Of a stretch of DNA of 64,000 bases, positions 61,023 through 64,000 are shown piece by piece. Within the stretch, counting starts at the first letter, position 1. Each line of letters begins with the position of its first letter. A program made the position numbers and the translations under genes. The notes under the pieces were generated by a model, which did no database searches, was not told the DNA's origin, and worked only from the letters and a program-made list of their open reading frames with translations. Source of the DNA: an uncultured delta proteobacterium (GTDB lineage: Bacteria; Desulfobacterota; Binatia; HRBIN30; BPIQ01); assembly GCA_963761335.1 (NCBI GenBank), contig CAVXGR010000012.1:384001-448000 (forward strand), read 5' to 3'.

Positions 61023-61385
61023 TCAGAACTTCAGACCGCCCTCGCGCGCTGCGTCGGCGAGCGTCTGGATGCGGCCGTGAAAGAGATAGCCATTGCGGTC
61101 GAAGACCACCTCGTGGATGCCGCGCTCCTGGCAGATACGGGCCACCATGGCACCGACCTTCTTCGCGGCCTCGCGGCTCATGCCCTTGCTGTCGGCGCGC
61201 AGCTCGGCGGAAAGGGTCGACGCCGATGCCAGCGTGCGCCCGGTCTCGTCGGAGATCACCTGGGCGTAGATGTGCTTGTTGCTGCGGAAGACGGAAAGGC
61301 GCGGGCGCTGATCGGTGCCGCGCACCCGCTTGCGCACCCGCTCCTGACGTAGCTTTCGCGCCGTCTGCGTGTCCTTGATGATCAT
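61023..61385 (-). CDS. rplR: 50S ribosomal protein L18
   Basis: [27 protein letters not shown]. Confidence 0.97.
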   Translation of the reverse strand: MIIKDTQTARKLRQERVRKRVRGTDQRPRLSVFRSNKHIYAQVISDETGRTLASASTLSAELRADSKGMSREAAKKVGAMVARICQERGIHEVVFDRNGYLFHGRIQTLADAAREGGLKF

Positions 61386-61396
61386 GTCTCGATCCT

Positions 61397-61945
61397 CTAC
61401 GAGCCGGCCGCCCCGGCCGCCTTGCCGGCCTTGCGGCGAATGGTCTCGTTGGCGTACTTGACCCCTTTGCCCTTGTAGGGCTCCGGGGGCCGCAGCTGGC
61501 GGATGTCCGCAGCCACCTGACCGAGCAGCTTGCGGTCGCTCGACTGCAGCGTGATGACCACCTGGCGCTCGACCGCGGCGCTCACCCCCGGGGGAAGCTG
61601 ATAGACGATCGGGTGCGAGTAGCCGAGGCTCAGATGCAGGTTGCTGCCGCGAACCTCGGCGCGATAGCCGACGCCGATGATCTCCAGCGTGCGACTGAAT
61701 CCGGCGCTCACCCCCTGGACCATGTTGGCGATGAGCTTGCGCGAGAGACCGTGGAGAGCCCGCGCCTGCCGCGAGTCGTCCTTGCGGACGACGCGCAGGA
61801 CGCCGTCCGCGACCTCGGCTCCGACCTTCGGGCCGAGAGTGTGCTGCGCCTTCCCCTTGGGCCCCTCGGCGATGACGGTGGCACCGTCGACGCGGAGACT
61901 GACTCCGCTCGGCACCGGGATCGGCTGCTTTCCAATACGCGACAT
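61397..61945 (-). CDS. rplF: 50S ribosomal protein L6
   Basis: [29 protein letters not shown]. Confidence 0.97.
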   Translation of the reverse strand: MSRIGKQPIPVPSGVSLRVDGATVIAEGPKGKAQHTLGPKVGAEVADGVLRVVRKDDSRQARALHGLSRKLIANMVQGVSAGFSRTLEIIGVGYRAEVRGSNLHLSLGYSHPIVYQLPPGVSAAVERQVVITLQSSDRKLLGQVAADIRQLRPPEPYKGKGVKYANETIRRKAGKAAGAAGS

Positions 61946-61952
61946 GTCGTTC

Positions 61953-62351
61953 TTACCAGATGGAGCAGAGAATCTCGCCGCCGACGTTGCGCCGGCGCGC
62001 CTCGCGATCGACCAAGACCCCTGCCGGAGTCGAGAGAATGTTGACACCCAGCCCCTTGCGCACCGGGAGGATCTCCTCGGCGCCCACGTACACCCGCAGA
62101 CTGGGCCGGCTGATGCGCTTGAGGCCGGTGATCACCGGGCGATTGTCCTGATCGTAGCGCAGGGCGACGCGAAGCACGCGAAAGGTCCCGTCCTCGGCCA
62201 CGCTGTAGTCCTTCAGGAAACCCTCGGCGACCGCGACGCGGACGATCTCCTCCTTCAACCGCGACCAGGGCAGCTCTACCTGCTCCTTGCGGGCGCGGTT
62301 GGCGTTGCGGATCCGGGTCAGCAGATCGGCAATCGGATCGGTCATCGACAT
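61953..62351 (-). CDS. rpsH: 30S ribosomal protein S8
   Basis: MTDPIADLLTRIRNA, ISRPSLRVY, VGGEILC. Confidence 0.97.
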   Translation of the reverse strand: MSMTDPIADLLTRIRNANRARKEQVELPWSRLKEEIVRVAVAEGFLKDYSVAEDGTFRVLRVALRYDQDNRPVITGLKRISRPSLRVYVGAEEILPVRKGLGVNILSTPAGVLVDREARRRNVGGEILCSIW

Positions 62352-62362
62352 GGGAATCGTTC

Positions 62363-62548
62363 CTACCAGCTCGCCTTGGTGAGCCCGGGAATCTGCCCCT
62401 TGCGGGCCAGATCGCGCAGGCACAGGCGGCACATCTGAAAACGGCGGTAAAAGGCCCGGGGGCGGCCGCACAGCGGACAGCGATTGTAGCGCTGCACCGC
62501 GAACTTCGGCGGCCTCTGGGCTTTCACCCGCAGACTCGTTTTGGCCAC
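62363..62548 (-). CDS. rpsN: 30S ribosomal protein S14, type Z (zinc-binding)
   Basis: GTG start; [24 protein letters not shown]...KASW. Confidence 0.96.
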   Translation of the reverse strand: MAKTSLRVKAQRPPKFAVQRYNRCPLCGRPRAFYRRFQMCRLCLRDLARKGQIPGLTKASW

Positions 62549-62562
62549 GTTCTCTTCTCCTC

Positions 62563-63102
62563 CTACATGCGGAAGGGCATGCCGAGCGCTCTCAGCAGCG
62601 CCTTCCCCTCGGCGTCGCTCCGCGCCGTGGTGACGATCGACACCGTCATGCCGCGGACCTTCTCGACCTTGTCCAGGTTGACCTCGGGAAAGATGATCTG
62701 CTCCCGCACCCCGAGGGAGTAGTTGCCGCGCCCGTCGAAGGAGCGGTCGGAGACGCCGCGGAAATCGCGCACCCGCGGCAGGGCGACGTTCATCAGGCGG
62801 TCGAGGAACTCGTACATGCGCTCGCCCCGCAGGGTCACGGCGCAGCCGATGGGCATGCCCTCGCGCAGCTTGAAGTTGGCGATGGCCTTGCGGGCCCGGG
62901 TCACCACCGGCTTCTGCCCGGTGATGCCGGCGAGCTCCTCGACGGCGGCGTCGAGCAGCTTGACGTTCTGCGAAGCCTCGCCCAGGCCGATGTTGACCAC
63001 CACCTTCTCGAGGCGTGGCACCTGCATCGGGTTCGAGTAGCCGAGCTCCTTCATCAGCCCCGGCACGATCTCCTGCCGGTATCTGTCTTTCAGTCGCGCC
63101 AT
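62563..63102 (-). CDS. rplE: 50S ribosomal protein L5
   Basis: [35 protein letters not shown]. Confidence 0.98.
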   Translation of the reverse strand: MARLKDRYRQEIVPGLMKELGYSNPMQVPRLEKVVVNIGLGEASQNVKLLDAAVEELAGITGQKPVVTRARKAIANFKLREGMPIGCAVTLRGERMYEFLDRLMNVALPRVRDFRGVSDRSFDGRGNYSLGVREQIIFPEVNLDKVEKVRGMTVSIVTTARSDAEGKALLRALGMPFRM

Positions 63103-63104
63103 GA

Positions 63105-63428
63105 TCAACGATCCATCTGGTCGCCGCAGCGGCGGCAGACGCGCACGCTGTGACCGTCCTCGAGGCGCCGCTTGCCGACGCGCACCGGGCGGTTGCACTT
63201 GTCGCACATGGGCATGACATTCGAGAGGTCGATCGCCGCCTCTTTCTCGACGATGCCCTGCGCCCCCTGGGGACCGCGCGACTTGCTGGAGCGCTTCACC
63301 ATGTTGAGGCGCTCGATGAGGACGCGCCCCTTGGCGGGCAGCACTCGAAGCACCTTGCCGGTCTTGCCGCGCTCGCGGCCGGCGATCACCATCACGGTGT
63401 CGTCTCTACGGATTCTCGCCAATGCCAT
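63105..63428 (-). CDS. rplX: 50S ribosomal protein L24
   Basis: [28 protein letters not shown]. Confidence 0.96.
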   Translation of the reverse strand: MALARIRRDDTVMVIAGRERGKTGKVLRVLPAKGRVLIERLNMVKRSSKSRGPQGAQGIVEKEAAIDLSNVMPMCDKCNRPVRVGKRRLEDGHSVRVCRRCGDQMDR

Positions 63429-63437
63429 CGTATCGCC

Positions 63438-63806
63438 TCAAAGCACCTCGGGAGCGAGCGAGAGAATCTTCATGAAGCGCTTCGCCCGCAGCTCGCGCGC
63501 CACCGGCCCGAAGATACGGGTGCCGATCGGCTCGCGCTGATTGTCCAGCAGCACCGCCGAGTTGGTGTCGAAGCGGATGTAGGAGCCATCCGCCCGTCCG
63601 ACCTCCTTGGCGGTGCGCACGATGACCGCCTTCATGACGTCGCCCTTCTTCACCTTGGCGTTGGGAATCGCCTCTTTCACCGACACCACGATCACGTCTC
63701 CGAGGGAGGCGTACTTGCGTCGCGAGCCGCCCAGCACCTTGATGCAGAGCACGCGGCGGGCTCCCGAGTTGTCCGCCACGTCCAGTACCGTTTCCGATTG
63801 AACCAT
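63438..63806 (-). CDS. rplN: 50S ribosomal protein L14
   Basis: [28 protein letters not shown]. Confidence 0.98.
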   Translation of the reverse strand: MVQSETVLDVADNSGARRVLCIKVLGGSRRKYASLGDVIVVSVKEAIPNAKVKKGDVMKAVIVRTAKEVGRADGSYIRFDTNSAVLLDNQREPIGTRIFGPVARELRAKRFMKILSLAPEVL

Positions 63807-63843
63807 TTCCGTTCACACCGACCCTGCGCGTCGACGTGCCCCC

Positions 63844-63999
63844 TCACACGGCCTTCTTCACGATCGAGCTGACCCGCCAGCGCTTGTCGCGGCTGAGCGG
63901 CCGCGTCTCGACGATCTGCACCCGATCGCCGACGTCGCACTCGTTCTTCTCGTCGTGGGCCTTGAAATTCGCCCGCTGCTTGAGGTGCTTGCCGTACTT
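63844..63999 (-). CDS. rpsQ: 30S ribosomal protein S17, C-terminal part (runs off the window)
   Basis: Translated by hand: [51 protein letters not shown]. Confidence 0.95.
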   Translation of the reverse strand, partial: KYGKHLKQRANFKAHDEKNECDVGDRVQIVETRPLSRDKRWRVSSIVKKAV

Positions 64000-64000
64000 C

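Overview
A GC-rich bacterial chromosomal segment with very dense coding. The gene content and the dockerin-like, Pro/Thr-linker secreted proteins suggest a deltaproteobacterial-type lineage such as Candidatus Binatia; this is inference, not verified. About 1-18.5 kb is accessory and envelope genes: dockerin-like and Cys-rich secreted proteins, an OmpA lipoprotein, a CxxCH cytochrome fused to a predicted beta-barrel, a lipoprotein with two CX4CH domains, a YfiR remnant with a hybrid kinase, a LytS/LytTR pair and two lytic transglycosylases. About 18.7-53.7 kb is mostly housekeeping (htpX, degP-like, mrcB, tsaD, rsmA, mutM, cysK, larE, ispD, carD, rimI, hppA, der, era, gmhA, gmd, dnaB, fabI). 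It also holds several unusual genes: a ferredoxin-membrane-Hsp20-like fusion, tandem alanine-zipper lipoproteins, a glycosyltransferase-methyltransferase fusion between era and der, and tandem Cys-rich secreted paralogs. About 53.9-64 kb is the spc/alpha ribosomal protein cluster (rpsQ partial to rplQ). I recognised no tRNA, rRNA, CRISPR array, transposase or phage gene. All calls come from reading motifs by eye; no searches were run.
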